The notes under the pieces: generated by a model | Seen by the model: the letters and a program-made list of their open reading frames with translations, nothing else | The model's database searches: none | Told to the model about the DNA's origin: nothing | Shown here: positions 7,753-16,835 of the stretch, in pieces | Position numbering within the stretch: position 1 is the stretch's first letter | How the letters are laid out: each line of letters opens with the position of its first letter | Source of the DNA: Kiritimatiellia bacterium | GTDB taxonomy: Bacteria; Verrucomicrobiota; Kiritimatiellia; CAIKKV01; CAITUY01 | DNA length: 46,857 nucleotides | Direction of reading: 5' to 3' | NCBI GenBank assembly: GCA_044344495.1 | Contig: JBIJCW010000001.1 | Coordinates: 1-46,857, forward strand | Position numbers and translations under genes: made by a program

Positions 7753-9183
7753 CTACCTCTTGCGCGCCGCTTTCGCCTTGTAACTCCACTTCGCCAGCCG
7801 GACCGGCATCAGTAACATGCCCTGGAGATTCGAGTACATCGCGCTCGCCATGTACCGGAACGCCTCCCGCGTCGAAAAGGCGCCCGGCTCCTTAATTCGC
7901 GTAATCGCCAACACCCCCACAACCCGCAACAACGACGCCGTGAGGAAAAGCACCCCATGGTAAGTCACCGGAAGTCCAAACCAGTCCCCATGCCAGCTCT
8001 TCAAGTGATGGGCCAGAATCCCCCCGGATACACCACTTAGTAATCCAGCCCCCGCCACCACCACGCTGTTGATGGCCACATACGCCGTGTTCTTCGCCGT
8101 ATCAGCCTTCCGCTCCACCAACCCGAGCAAAATATTGTAGGACGCCAACTCAAGCCCCGGCCAGGCAAACGCCGCCAGCAATACCCCCGTATATCCCGGA
8201 AACAAATGACCCTCGCCAACAAAAATCCAAATCACCGATCCATGCACCATCCCCGCCCCGGCCAGGACCGCCACCGGCTTGCGCCCCAATCGGTCAATCA
8301 TGCGCCCCCAGAACGGCATGCTGACCAACGCCACCAACTGCGGAAAGGCGATCAACAGCAGATTCGCCATGAGATTGGAGATCTTCACGACATCAAACAC
8401 ATACAGCCACACGAACTGCCCCGTAAATCCCACCGAAAAGGTCAGCATCGCCGTGAACAACAGGTACCAGCGGAATGACCGGTTGGCCAACGGCTCCCGC
8501 AGCAGGTTCCGAATGCCAAAATCCCGGTTGCACCCCTGAACCTGCCGGTCCGGCACCGGCACAAAATACAGGATATCAATGATGCCCGGTATCGCCGCCA
8601 CCGCCAATAGCACACTCAACATCCGACTCAACGCCAACCCGCTGACCCGCTCCGCCTGATCCAGGAGCAACCCGGCCAGTATCGTCAACACCAGACTCAC
8701 CACCCCGCCTGCCTGGACGCGGCGGGACAGGTAACGCGCCCTGATCCGGGACGGCACCAGATCCAGCAGCCACGAGTGCCAGCAGGGCATAATCGTCTGA
8801 TTCAGCGTCGCAGAGAGCGCCATCAGCAGAATCAAAGCCACCGGCCCCTTGCCCGCCGGCACCAGCCATGGTATCGCCGCAATGACCAGCCAGAGCCCGC
8901 GGTGTACAAGATTCCCGGCAAGAAAAAGAAACTTCCTGTGCCCGTACCGTTCAAGCATGAAGCTTCCCGGCAACTGTCCCAGCGCCGCTACGAACGGAAT
9001 CGCCGCCATGAGCCCAAAGCCGAATTCGTCCACCCCCAGCTCACGCGCAAACCGGGTTAACACCGCCCCGGTGGTGATGGACATCCACGCCGCCCCGAAT
9101 AACCACGCCACCAGCACCCGGCGCATCACCGAGCGGGTGTCATCGGGACCAACCGGCCTGATCGTCTCTTGTTGTTCACTCAT
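7753..9183 (-). CDS. MFS transporter
   Basis: About 12 predicted TM helices. An MFS loop motif follows TM2 (G.LPGSFMLERYGHRK), with a repeat of the motif in the second half (WGRMIDRLGRKP). The start was placed at the ATG at 9183 (MSEQQET...). Confidence 0.8.
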   Translation of the reverse strand: MSEQQETIRPVGPDDTRSVMRRVLVAWLFGAAWMSITTGAVLTRFARELGVDEFGFGLMAAIPFVAALGQLPGSFMLERYGHRKFLFLAGNLVHRGLWLVIAAIPWLVPAGKGPVALILLMALSATLNQTIMPCWHSWLLDLVPSRIRARYLSRRVQAGGVVSLVLTILAGLLLDQAERVSGLALSRMLSVLLAVAAIPGIIDILYFVPVPDRQVQGCNRDFGIRNLLREPLANRSFRWYLLFTAMLTFSVGFTGQFVWLYVFDVVKISNLMANLLLIAFPQLVALVSMPFWGRMIDRLGRKPVAVLAGAGMVHGSVIWIFVGEGHLFPGYTGVLLAAFAWPGLELASYNILLGLVERKADTAKNTAYVAINSVVVAGAGLLSGVSGGILAHHLKSWHGDWFGLPVTYHGVLFLTASLLRVVGVLAITRIKEPGAFSTREAFRYMASAMYSNLQGMLLMPVRLAKWSYKAKAARKR

Positions 9184-9308
9184 GGATTGGCGGGAAAGCA
9201 TAAGGGGCAGGAACGCGGATATCACGTCGAAAAAAAACCTTGAGCCCATCACTGCCCAGGCATAGCATACCGCCGTTGTTTCAAATCCCTAGAAGGGGGT
9301 GAATTGCC

Positions 9309-9578
9309 ATGACGACGATGCGGACAATCAAGTTGAAAAAGATAACATCAGCGGAGACCCTCCCGGATCCCGCCACCGCTCCCCTTGCCGCGACTGCGTC
9401 CGCCCCACCCCCGGGACTTGAACCTTCATCCGCCACGCCCAAGGCCTCAGGCAGGTCCTATTTGATCTACGCACTCCTGGCCATCGCCGCAACCCTCTTC
9501 TGCATTGCCATCATCGGCATGCAGTACACCGAGTGGTCATTCTACAAGGCCGACCCTTCCCTCTGGCCCGTGAAGTAA
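9309..9578 (+). CDS. Small membrane protein (89 aa, one C-terminal TM helix), hypothetical
   Basis: AAGGGGG lies upstream of the ATG. A Pro/Ala-rich N-terminus is followed by the hydrophobic span YLIYALLAIAATLFCIAIIGM. Confidence 0.5.
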   Translation: MTTMRTIKLKKITSAETLPDPATAPLAATASAPPPGLEPSSATPKASGRSYLIYALLAIAATLFCIAIIGMQYTEWSFYKADPSLWPVK

Positions 9579-9585
9579 ATTCAAC

Positions 9586-10740
9586 TCACGGCAGGAACTT
9601 CGCCTTCTTGATCTTATCCGGCAGATAACTGTCGAGTACGTAGTTCAATCCGTGCTTGGCAAACGCCTGCTGCTCCACACGAACCCCCATCTTGAGCATC
9701 TGGTTCAGCGCGTCCTGCCATTCCTTGTGATGCCGGATGAACGGATCGTTCTTGAGCGCATCCTTGGCCCGCTTGATGTCCACATCCTCCAGCGGGTGGG
9801 TCGCATCCATCAACTTGTAGTCAATGATGTCCTGCGGCGTCACCCCCAGGTAATGCGCCTGCGGAACACAGAAAAACCGGTTGATGTGCGCCGCCTGGCC
9901 CGACCCCACCTTCAACGTCCGGTAAATGTTGCAGTAACCGTAGGGATCGCCGTCGGTAAACACCAGCACCGGCAACTTCCGGTCATCCGCCAACCGCCGG
10001 ATGAACCGCCGGCACGCCCGCGTCGGAACACCGCTCATGGACACCAGTACACATTTCGCCTTCTCATAGTACCGGTGATGCACCAGACGCTGGAACAGGG
10101 ATGAGGTCTCGATGACCAGGATAAACTTGGCGTCCGACTCGAACGCCAGATGCTCCACGCGCGCCGGAATACTCCAGGCGCCGGTCCCCAACTTCCCGCA
10201 ATTGATCTTGATGACCTCGCCCGTTGACGGATTCTGGTCCATCACGATCAGGGGCCCCGCCACGTCACCCCCACGCTCCTCGGGAATGTACCCGATCTGC
10301 TCGCGATTGACCCCCAGCATGGCCTCCATGTCGTCCAGCAACGTATCGCTCTCCGGCTGCTCGTCAAACCGGCACTCACCCCAACTCTTGCTGTTGTAGT
10401 AGATCTCGCGCTTTCCAGCGATGTCGTTCTTGTCCAACAGGTCCTTCTTGGTCGTGGCCAGCAACCGCATCGACTGCGCAAAGGTCTTCACCGTGTTGTA
10501 ACTGAGTGTCCGGGTGGCTACCTTGCCACGAATCTCGAAGTAACCGGTCTTGGGGTCATACTTGACGTTCGTCAGCGACCGGATCGGAAACCGTAGCGAG
10601 GGCTTCTTGAGTTTCTTGACGATATCCTCATAGACGCCGCGACTGACATCCACAATCCTCCGGGACACACCCGCCCGGGACGTCAACAACGCCGCCTCAC
10701 CACTCCCGCCCTTACTCTCGCCTGTCTTTTTCTTCGCCAT
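9586..10740 (-). CDS. top6A: DNA topoisomerase VI subunit A (Spo11/Top6A family)
   Basis: The catalytic-Tyr context is GKREIYYNSKSW. The Toprim region is ILVIETSSLF...VLVFTDGDPYGY. The overall length matches. The start was placed at MAKKK (ATG 10740); see the finding on a possible 38-aa upstream extension. Confidence 0.9.
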   Translation of the reverse strand: MAKKKTGESKGGSGEAALLTSRAGVSRRIVDVSRGVYEDIVKKLKKPSLRFPIRSLTNVKYDPKTGYFEIRGKVATRTLSYNTVKTFAQSMRLLATTKKDLLDKNDIAGKREIYYNSKSWGECRFDEQPESDTLLDDMEAMLGVNREQIGYIPEERGGDVAGPLIVMDQNPSTGEVIKINCGKLGTGAWSIPARVEHLAFESDAKFILVIETSSLFQRLVHHRYYEKAKCVLVSMSGVPTRACRRFIRRLADDRKLPVLVFTDGDPYGYCNIYRTLKVGSGQAAHINRFFCVPQAHYLGVTPQDIIDYKLMDATHPLEDVDIKRAKDALKNDPFIRHHKEWQDALNQMLKMGVRVEQQAFAKHGLNYVLDSYLPDKIKKAKFLP

Positions 10741-10744
10741 AATT

Positions 10745-10841
10745 GTAGTCCGTAGTCCGTAGTCCGTAGTCCGTAGTCTGTAGTCCGTAGTCCGTAGTCC
10801 GTAGTCCGTAGTCTGTAGTCTGTACTCCGTAGCCGTAGTCC
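10745..10841. repeat. Heptanucleotide tandem repeat, 14 units (GTAGTCC on the + strand, GGACTAC in gene orientation)
   Basis: Read directly: ten perfect units, three GTAGTCT, one GTACTCC and one 6-nt GTAGCC. The tract fills the top6B-top6A spacer. Confidence 0.95.
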
Positions 10842-10850
10842 GCGCCCCCC

Positions 10851-12542
10851 TCATACCTCCAGATGCGTCCGCTCCAGCATCGTCTTCAACCGCTCCACCA
10901 CGCGGCCTTCGTCACGGTCGCTCAAATCCAGCACATCCTTCAACCCCAGCGCCAGATGCGGAATGTATTTCTCGATGTAGGAACGCTTGCGCTCCGCCTC
11001 GGCCTCGCGGTGCCGCCGGCTCAAATGCACCGACAACCGCCGCCCGCACTCCTGCACACAAAAACCAATCTCCTTGATGATCTCCGGGTAGTGCGCAATC
11101 GCCTCCTTGCTCTCACTGGTGAACGGCACCCAGACGCTGGCTATATGCACCATGATCACCATCGGCCCCAACGGCACACCACCCCGGGGTTGCGTCAACC
11201 CGTAGTTCTTCCAGTTAACCCCGGAAATCGCCTTGGTAATCGCACACGCCCCGCCCAGGTAAAGCAACGGCACCCGGTTGGCAAACCGCATCACACGGGC
11301 CGGCTCATCCGCCCCGACATCCGCGTTCCCGCCCGGCTTGGCATAGGCAATGCCCACCTCAACCTGGAACGGATTGCCGCGGTAGACCGTCGGATCGCGC
11401 GTCACCGCCGTGCAAAACTCAGCCTCCATCTCCTTGGCCAACCCCGCCACAATCAATTCCTCGCCAATCGGCGACAGACAGTCCGTCGGCGGCCGCATCA
11501 ACTTGGTTTCATTGACCGCCTTGTAGAGCGTCTCCACCTCCCGGTTGGCAATCCGCCGCGGATTGGCCTTGGGATCCAACCCGGCCCTTGTGCATATATC
11601 CAAGGCCGTCTGACTGCTGACACGGGAGAAATCCTCCGAAAGGGATCCGCGTAACGTGCGGGATTCCGTGTCCCGCAACATCTGCATCAACATCCCGAGT
11701 TCCACCCCGTGCGGATGCGGCTTGATCTCCACCGGCGGCGTCGGCAACTTCCCGGCCAGGCGCGCCCATGAAATCCACTGCCCTTCCACCAGCGGAGTCG
11801 TCGCCTGACCCTCATTGTCAACCTCCTTGTTCAACAGATTGACACGGTAATGCAACTGCAGATGCGGATTGGCGATCAGACACTGCCGCAGATACTCATC
11901 CACCGACAGCCGGCCGCGTACATAGTGCGCCTCCATCTCAATCGCGACCGACGTACCGTGCTTGCAAACCACCGGTTCCGCCGCCACGCCCTCCACCCCG
12001 ATCCCCGGAAACGACGGCTGCCATTCAATTTCCACGTCCTTTAGAATTGTCGGCGCGTTCTTCCGGGTGTCAATCTGCACCTCAATGTAATGCGCCATCT
12101 TGCCGCGGGGAATCCTGGAGAGAATACGTGTCGCCGTGCCGGTCGTCAGTTGCCCGTACATCCCGGCCGCACTGATCCCGATCCCCTGCTGGCCGCGCGA
12201 CATCCGTAACCGGTGAAACTTGGACCCATACAGCAACTTGGCGAAAATCCGCGGCACCTGCGCTCGCACCACGCCGGGACCATTGTCCGTAATCGACACG
12301 CGGAACCGTTTCTCACCCGTCTGCGTGATTTCCACGCTGAGCTCGGGCAGCAACCCCGCCTCCTCACAGGCATCCAACGAATTGTCCACAGCCTCCTTGA
12401 CCGTGGTCAGAAGCGCCTTGCGCGGATTGTCAAACCCCAGCAAATGACGGTTCTTGAGAAAGAATTCCGAAACGGAGATCTCACGCTGCTGACGCGACAT
12501 GGTTTCGGCATTGGCAGTGGCAGTGGTGGTGGTTCGGGCCAT
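10851..12542 (-). CDS. top6B: DNA topoisomerase VI subunit B (GHKL ATPase)
   Basis: The sequence reads SVSEFFLKNRHLLGFDNP.KAL.TTVKEAVDNSLDACEEAG (Bergerat-fold N box), then DNGPG and GQQGIG. The transducer-length C-terminus is present. The start was chosen at the ATG at 12542 (GGGGAG upstream). Confidence 0.9.
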   Translation of the reverse strand: MARTTTTATANAETMSRQQREISVSEFFLKNRHLLGFDNPRKALLTTVKEAVDNSLDACEEAGLLPELSVEITQTGEKRFRVSITDNGPGVVRAQVPRIFAKLLYGSKFHRLRMSRGQQGIGISAAGMYGQLTTGTATRILSRIPRGKMAHYIEVQIDTRKNAPTILKDVEIEWQPSFPGIGVEGVAAEPVVCKHGTSVAIEMEAHYVRGRLSVDEYLRQCLIANPHLQLHYRVNLLNKEVDNEGQATTPLVEGQWISWARLAGKLPTPPVEIKPHPHGVELGMLMQMLRDTESRTLRGSLSEDFSRVSSQTALDICTRAGLDPKANPRRIANREVETLYKAVNETKLMRPPTDCLSPIGEELIVAGLAKEMEAEFCTAVTRDPTVYRGNPFQVEVGIAYAKPGGNADVGADEPARVMRFANRVPLLYLGGACAITKAISGVNWKNYGLTQPRGGVPLGPMVIMVHIASVWVPFTSESKEAIAHYPEIIKEIGFCVQECGRRLSVHLSRRHREAEAERKRSYIEKYIPHLALGLKDVLDLSDRDEGRVVERLKTMLERTHLEV

Positions 12543-12624
12543 ACTTCGACAACTCCCCATACTGATTTAGGTGGCACTCGCCGTTCCGGCGAATGCATTC
12601 GCATTTGCCAAGGGTCTGGAATGA

Positions 12625-13428
12625 TCACTGTGCATGACTTAATTCACGACTGCGCCGGGCAGCCGCCTGGATGGTTCGGACAAGAACGTCCGCCACCCCG
12701 TCATTCTCAAGAACCTCGCGCCCCGCCGCGGTCGTCCCCTTGGCGGACGTGACCGCCGCAGCCAGATCCGCCGGCGAAAGCCCCTGTTCCAGAAGCAGAC
12801 GGGCCGTCCCCTCCATGGTCTGGGCCGCTAGCATCAAGGCGGACTCCCGTGACAACCCTTCCCGGACCGCCCCGTTAACGAGACCATCCAGCAAATAGGC
12901 AAAGAAAGCGGGCCCCGAGCCACTCAACGCCGTGACGGCATCAAATTGATCTTCCGGCAATTCCAGCGCCCGACCGCAACACTCCAGCATCACCCTGACC
13001 TGCGCCGCGTCCGCCTCCGTCGCCCGCGCTCCACGGGTAAAGACATTCATCCCTGCCCCCGCTAGACAGGCAATGTTGGGCATCACCCGCACCACCCGTC
13101 CACGGGGCAACAGGGCTTCCATGCCCGCAATCCGCTTGCCCGCCGCAATGGAAATCACGAGGCGATCCGGCGTCACCACCGCTGCAATCTCCGCCAGAAC
13201 CGCATCCAGTTGCTGCGGTTTGACGGCCAGAAAACACACGTCGGCTTCCCTGACCACATCGATATTGGAGGCGCCCCCACGGATACCCAGCCGCCGACCA
13301 AGATCGGACAACCGGGCGGCATTCACATCGCTCGCCACCACCGACGTCGGCTCCACATACCGCCGCTCAATCAAACCGACCATCATGGCTTCCGCCATCT
13401 TCCCGGCTCCGACAAATCCGATAATCAT
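12625..13428 (-). CDS. proC: Pyrroline-5-carboxylate reductase
   Basis: The motifs are MIIGFVGAGKMAEAM, AVKPQ, RVMPN, ALSGSGPAF and SAKGTT. Confidence 0.92.
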   Translation of the reverse strand: MIIGFVGAGKMAEAMMVGLIERRYVEPTSVVASDVNAARLSDLGRRLGIRGGASNIDVVREADVCFLAVKPQQLDAVLAEIAAVVTPDRLVISIAAGKRIAGMEALLPRGRVVRVMPNIACLAGAGMNVFTRGARATEADAAQVRVMLECCGRALELPEDQFDAVTALSGSGPAFFAYLLDGLVNGAVREGLSRESALMLAAQTMEGTARLLLEQGLSPADLAAAVTSAKGTTAAGREVLENDGVADVLVRTIQAAARRSRELSHAQ

Positions 13429-13445
13429 CGCAAAAACCCCTTATC

Positions 13446-14483
13446 TCAGCGTAACGATTGGAGGCCATCCCGGATCTCATCCACCAGCCGGTGAAAGGGA
13501 GCCGTCAACACATCCCCCCGCGGCACGAAACCAAAACTGGCCAGCACCAGCAAAACCACGTACAGCGATAACACAACAATCAGGAAGCCGCGCACCCCGA
13601 ATCCGTCTCCGTCTTGACGGTGATGCGGCAGCGTCATGCCGTTTTCGCCTTCCTCCATCCGCGACGGCGGAATCTGACTGTTCAAAACCCCCGACTGGTA
13701 GGCCTTGAGAATCTCCAGAACACCAACAAGACTGCGTTCCGAGGCGATATGGCCACCCGTTTTGTGGACGGTCTCAAGCACTTCCGGCGCCGCGTTGATC
13801 GGGCAGGCCGTCCACCGCGCCACCCCGGGATCCATCATGCTGATGTCATTGTGCCCATCACCAACCACCAGGACCTTCTCCGCCGGAAACCCAAGATGCC
13901 TCGCCATTTCGGACACCGCCAGACCCTTCGTAAAAGGAATGGCGTGAACATCCACTTCGACCGGATATTCAAACACCTGCAGATACCGGGTTGCCTTGGC
14001 CACTTCCTTGACAATCGCCGCCCCGAATCGCGCCGCGCTCTCATCCTCAAACTGGAAGGTAATCCGGCGCCGGTTCCGGTACATAACCCGTGCAAATGGA
14101 TTCTTTTTCAACATGGCCCTGGCCATGCGCGGAATCGCACGCCGCACCATCCACTCGTGGCGCCACTGGAGCCAGCGCACCCTTACATTCCACCCCCAAT
14201 GCGGCAGATACCCGAACCGGTTGCGCTCATAGATGTAGGCATGCCGGGCAATCACATAGTCGGCCTCAATGCCCAGCATCGTCATCGACCGGAAGGCCTT
14301 CTTGAAACTTCCCAAACTGCGTCCGGTGCAGATCACCCACTTGACACCATACGCGTTCAAGGTGTCCATCTGGCGCCGGAACTCCTGATATTGATCAAGA
14401 CCCGCCCGATGCCCCAGCAGGGTCCCGTCCATGTCGGACACAAACACCCCAAGGCCCTTAAGGATGTTTCCGGACTCGTTCAT
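13446..14483 (-). CDS. HAD-IIB (Cof-type) hydrolase with a C-terminal transmembrane tail
   Basis: The motifs are FVSDMDGTLL (motif I), CTGRS (motif II) and VVGDGHNDISM (motif IV). Near the C-terminus there is the hydrophobic segment FLIVVLSLYVVLLVLASFGF. Confidence 0.8.
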   Translation of the reverse strand: MNESGNILKGLGVFVSDMDGTLLGHRAGLDQYQEFRRQMDTLNAYGVKWVICTGRSLGSFKKAFRSMTMLGIEADYVIARHAYIYERNRFGYLPHWGWNVRVRWLQWRHEWMVRRAIPRMARAMLKKNPFARVMYRNRRRITFQFEDESAARFGAAIVKEVAKATRYLQVFEYPVEVDVHAIPFTKGLAVSEMARHLGFPAEKVLVVGDGHNDISMMDPGVARWTACPINAAPEVLETVHKTGGHIASERSLVGVLEILKAYQSGVLNSQIPPSRMEEGENGMTLPHHRQDGDGFGVRGFLIVVLSLYVVLLVLASFGFVPRGDVLTAPFHRLVDEIRDGLQSLR

Positions 14484-14520
14484 TCTGTCGTAGCCCCTGT
14501 CCCCATCGGCGCACCCTCCG

Positions 14521-14558
14521 AAAAAAAGGCGTTCCCACCGTATGACAGCGGGAACGCC
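14521..14558 (-). terminator. Rho-independent terminator downstream of the acyl-CoA dehydrogenase gene
   Basis: On the minus strand, GGCGTTCCC, a 13-nt loop and GGGAACGCC (9-bp stem) are followed directly by TTTTTTT. Confidence 0.7.
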
Positions 14559-14579
14559 CGTTCGAACGCTGCCCGCCGC

Positions 14580-15740
14580 CTACTTTTTCGCCGCCGCCGA
14601 TTCCTTGATCAGGTTCAACCCGATCACTTCGCGCTGAATCTGGTTGGTCCCCTCGTAGATCTGGGTGATCTTGGCGTCGCGCATCATCTTCTCAACCGGA
14701 TACTCCTTCATATACCCGTACCCGCCGAGAATCTGCACCGCATCCGTCGTCACCTTCATCGCCACATCCGAGGCAAACAACTTGCTCATGGCGGAAATCT
14801 TGCTGACTTCCTTGCCGCCGCCATCAATGTACCGGGCCGCCGCATACACCAGCGCGCGCGCGGCTTCCACCTGCGTCGCCATGTCGGCCAGCATGAATTG
14901 CACCCCCTGGAATGAGCAGATCGGCTTGCCGAACTGACGGCGCTGACGGCTGTATTCAACCGCCTCGTCCAACGCGCCGGCCGCAATACCTAAGGCCTGG
15001 GCGGCCACGCCGGGCCGTGAACTGTCGAGCGTCTTCATCGCCACGATGAACCCCATTCCTTCCTTGGCCAACAAATTGGCCTTGGGAATGCGGCAGTCCT
15101 GGAACACCAATTCGCGGGTCGCCGAAGCGCGGATACCCATCTTGTTCTCCTTCTTGCCAAAGGTGAACCCGGGCGTACCCTTCTCCACAATGAACGCGGA
15201 CGCACCACGTGGCCCCTTCGCCTTGTTGGTGATGGCCACCACGGTGTAGATCTCCGCTTCGCCGCCGTTGGTGATCCACTGCTTGGTGCCGTTAAGCACA
15301 TAATGATCGCCATCCAGCACCGCTGTCGTCCGGATCCCGCCGGCATCGCTGCCCGCATTGGCTTCCGTCAACCCGAACGCCGCCAACGACTTCCCGGTGG
15401 CAATGCGAGGCAGAAACTTCTGTTTCTGCTCATCGGTGCCGAACAGGATGATCGGAAAGGTCCCCAGAGCCGTGGCCGCCACCGCCAGGGCTATGCCACT
15501 GCAAACCTTCGACAATTCCTCGACGCCAACGGCCAAATCCATGATCCCACCGCCCAGACCGCCGTACTTCTCCTCAATGTACAGACCGCAGAGATCCGCA
15601 TCCGCGAATACTTTGATCATCTCATGGGGAAACTCATTTGATTCGTCGTAATGCTCCCGGATGGGTTTGATTTTCTCCTGTGCCACCTTCCGGCAAAGAT
15701 CCCGAATCATTACTTGCGTCTCGGTCAGTCCGTAATCCAT
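14580..15740 (-). CDS. Acyl-CoA dehydrogenase (short-chain/butyryl-CoA dehydrogenase-like)
   Basis: The gene is near-collinear with clostridial Bcd-type sequences: GLTE.NAGSD, WITNGG, GIRAS.T.EL.F.D, AAQALGIA, FQ..QF.LADM and RDAKITQIYEGT.QIQ. The ATG at 15740 is preceded by GGGAGAG. Confidence 0.9.
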   Translation of the reverse strand: MDYGLTETQVMIRDLCRKVAQEKIKPIREHYDESNEFPHEMIKVFADADLCGLYIEEKYGGLGGGIMDLAVGVEELSKVCSGIALAVAATALGTFPIILFGTDEQKQKFLPRIATGKSLAAFGLTEANAGSDAGGIRTTAVLDGDHYVLNGTKQWITNGGEAEIYTVVAITNKAKGPRGASAFIVEKGTPGFTFGKKENKMGIRASATRELVFQDCRIPKANLLAKEGMGFIVAMKTLDSSRPGVAAQALGIAAGALDEAVEYSRQRRQFGKPICSFQGVQFMLADMATQVEAARALVYAAARYIDGGGKEVSKISAMSKLFASDVAMKVTTDAVQILGGYGYMKEYPVEKMMRDAKITQIYEGTNQIQREVIGLNLIKESAAAKK

Positions 15741-15798
15741 GTTGTTCTCTCCCAAGCAGTTAGGTCAATTTCACGGCCCTCAACAGCCGAAGACCGGA

Positions 15799-15828
15799 AC
15801 TATATGATACCGAGAGGCCTAAAATCAA
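15799..15828 (-). promoter_or_regulatory. Candidate sigma70-type promoter for the acyl-CoA dehydrogenase gene
   Basis: On the minus strand: TTGATT (15828-15823), an 18-nt spacer, then TATAGT (15804-15799), about 55 nt upstream of the ATG. This is pattern-based only. Confidence 0.25.
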
Positions 15829-15932
15829 GTAAGGATTGATGGGATGGCACATCTCCGAACTACGGTACGCCCCGGACAGAGTTCAATGGGGAAGACGTGC
15901 GCACCCTTCGGATTGATCGCGCCCGCGCCTTG

Positions 15933-16664
15933 TCAGGTCCGTGTCTCCTGCCGCGCCTTCCACATTGTCTGGCGCGCAATCCCCATCAGAATCCGCACAT
16001 CATCCTCTGTCAACGGCGCCCGGCAGAAAATCCGCCGCAACCCCAGCATCATGTGGTCGGCCTTCTCCTCATCCATGAATCCTATCGCCAATAGCATCTC
16101 ACGCCACATCGTGAACATGTGCTCGCGCGTCCGCGCCGGACATTCCGGCGTCTTCTCGCCCACCGGCTCAAACACGCCCGCCGCCACAAATAATTCATAG
16201 AAACAAATCATCGCCGCCTGGGCCAGGTTCAGCGAAGGGTACTCCTCGGACGAAGGGATCTGGATCATGTTCGTGCAAATCGCAATCTCCTCGTTGGTCA
16301 ACCCCCAGTTCTCCCGCCCAAATACCAAGGCCACCTTATTCGCGGCCGCCGACTCCAGAATCCGCGGCGCCCACTCCCGCGGCGTCCTGGCATGTTGCCG
16401 GTACAACCCCAGCCTGGCCGTCGTCCCCATCACCAGCCCACAGTCTCCCACCGCCTCCTCCAGCGTGGACACCTCTTTGCGCCTTTCGAGAATGCCGTCC
16501 GCCGCCACCGCCATCATCCGCGCCTCGGCATAGTTCAGCGTCGCCGCTGGCGCCACCAGCGTCAGACTCGACAATCCCGTGTTGGCCATCGCCCGACAGA
16601 TGGACCCCACATTACCCCCATACAGCGGCCCAACCAACACCACTTTGATATTGCCTAACGACAT
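15933..16664 (-). CDS. SpoU/TrmH-family RNA 2'-O-methyltransferase (TrmJ-like)
   Basis: The sequence reads IKVVLVGP.YGGN.GS.CRAMAN.GL..L.LV.P, ALVFGRE..GL.NEE, then IP....YPSLNLAQA. The ATG at 16664 is preceded by GGAGGG. Confidence 0.8.
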   Translation of the reverse strand: MSLGNIKVVLVGPLYGGNVGSICRAMANTGLSSLTLVAPAATLNYAEARMMAVAADGILERRKEVSTLEEAVGDCGLVMGTTARLGLYRQHARTPREWAPRILESAAANKVALVFGRENWGLTNEEIAICTNMIQIPSSEEYPSLNLAQAAMICFYELFVAAGVFEPVGEKTPECPARTREHMFTMWREMLLAIGFMDEEKADHMMLGLRRIFCRAPLTEDDVRILMGIARQTMWKARQETRT

Positions 16665-16835
16665 CAGCCCTCCACCCCCCTTGGGTTGACTTTCTTCAAG
16701 AAAATGATACTCATAACGGCTTTTACCAAGGATTGCAAACCGAACGGTAAACATTGGGACTGGGAATGGCCAAGCACAATGGTTGTAGGCCGGGGCTATA
16801 CCCCGGCGTCAGATATAGGTTAAGGAGATAGCATC

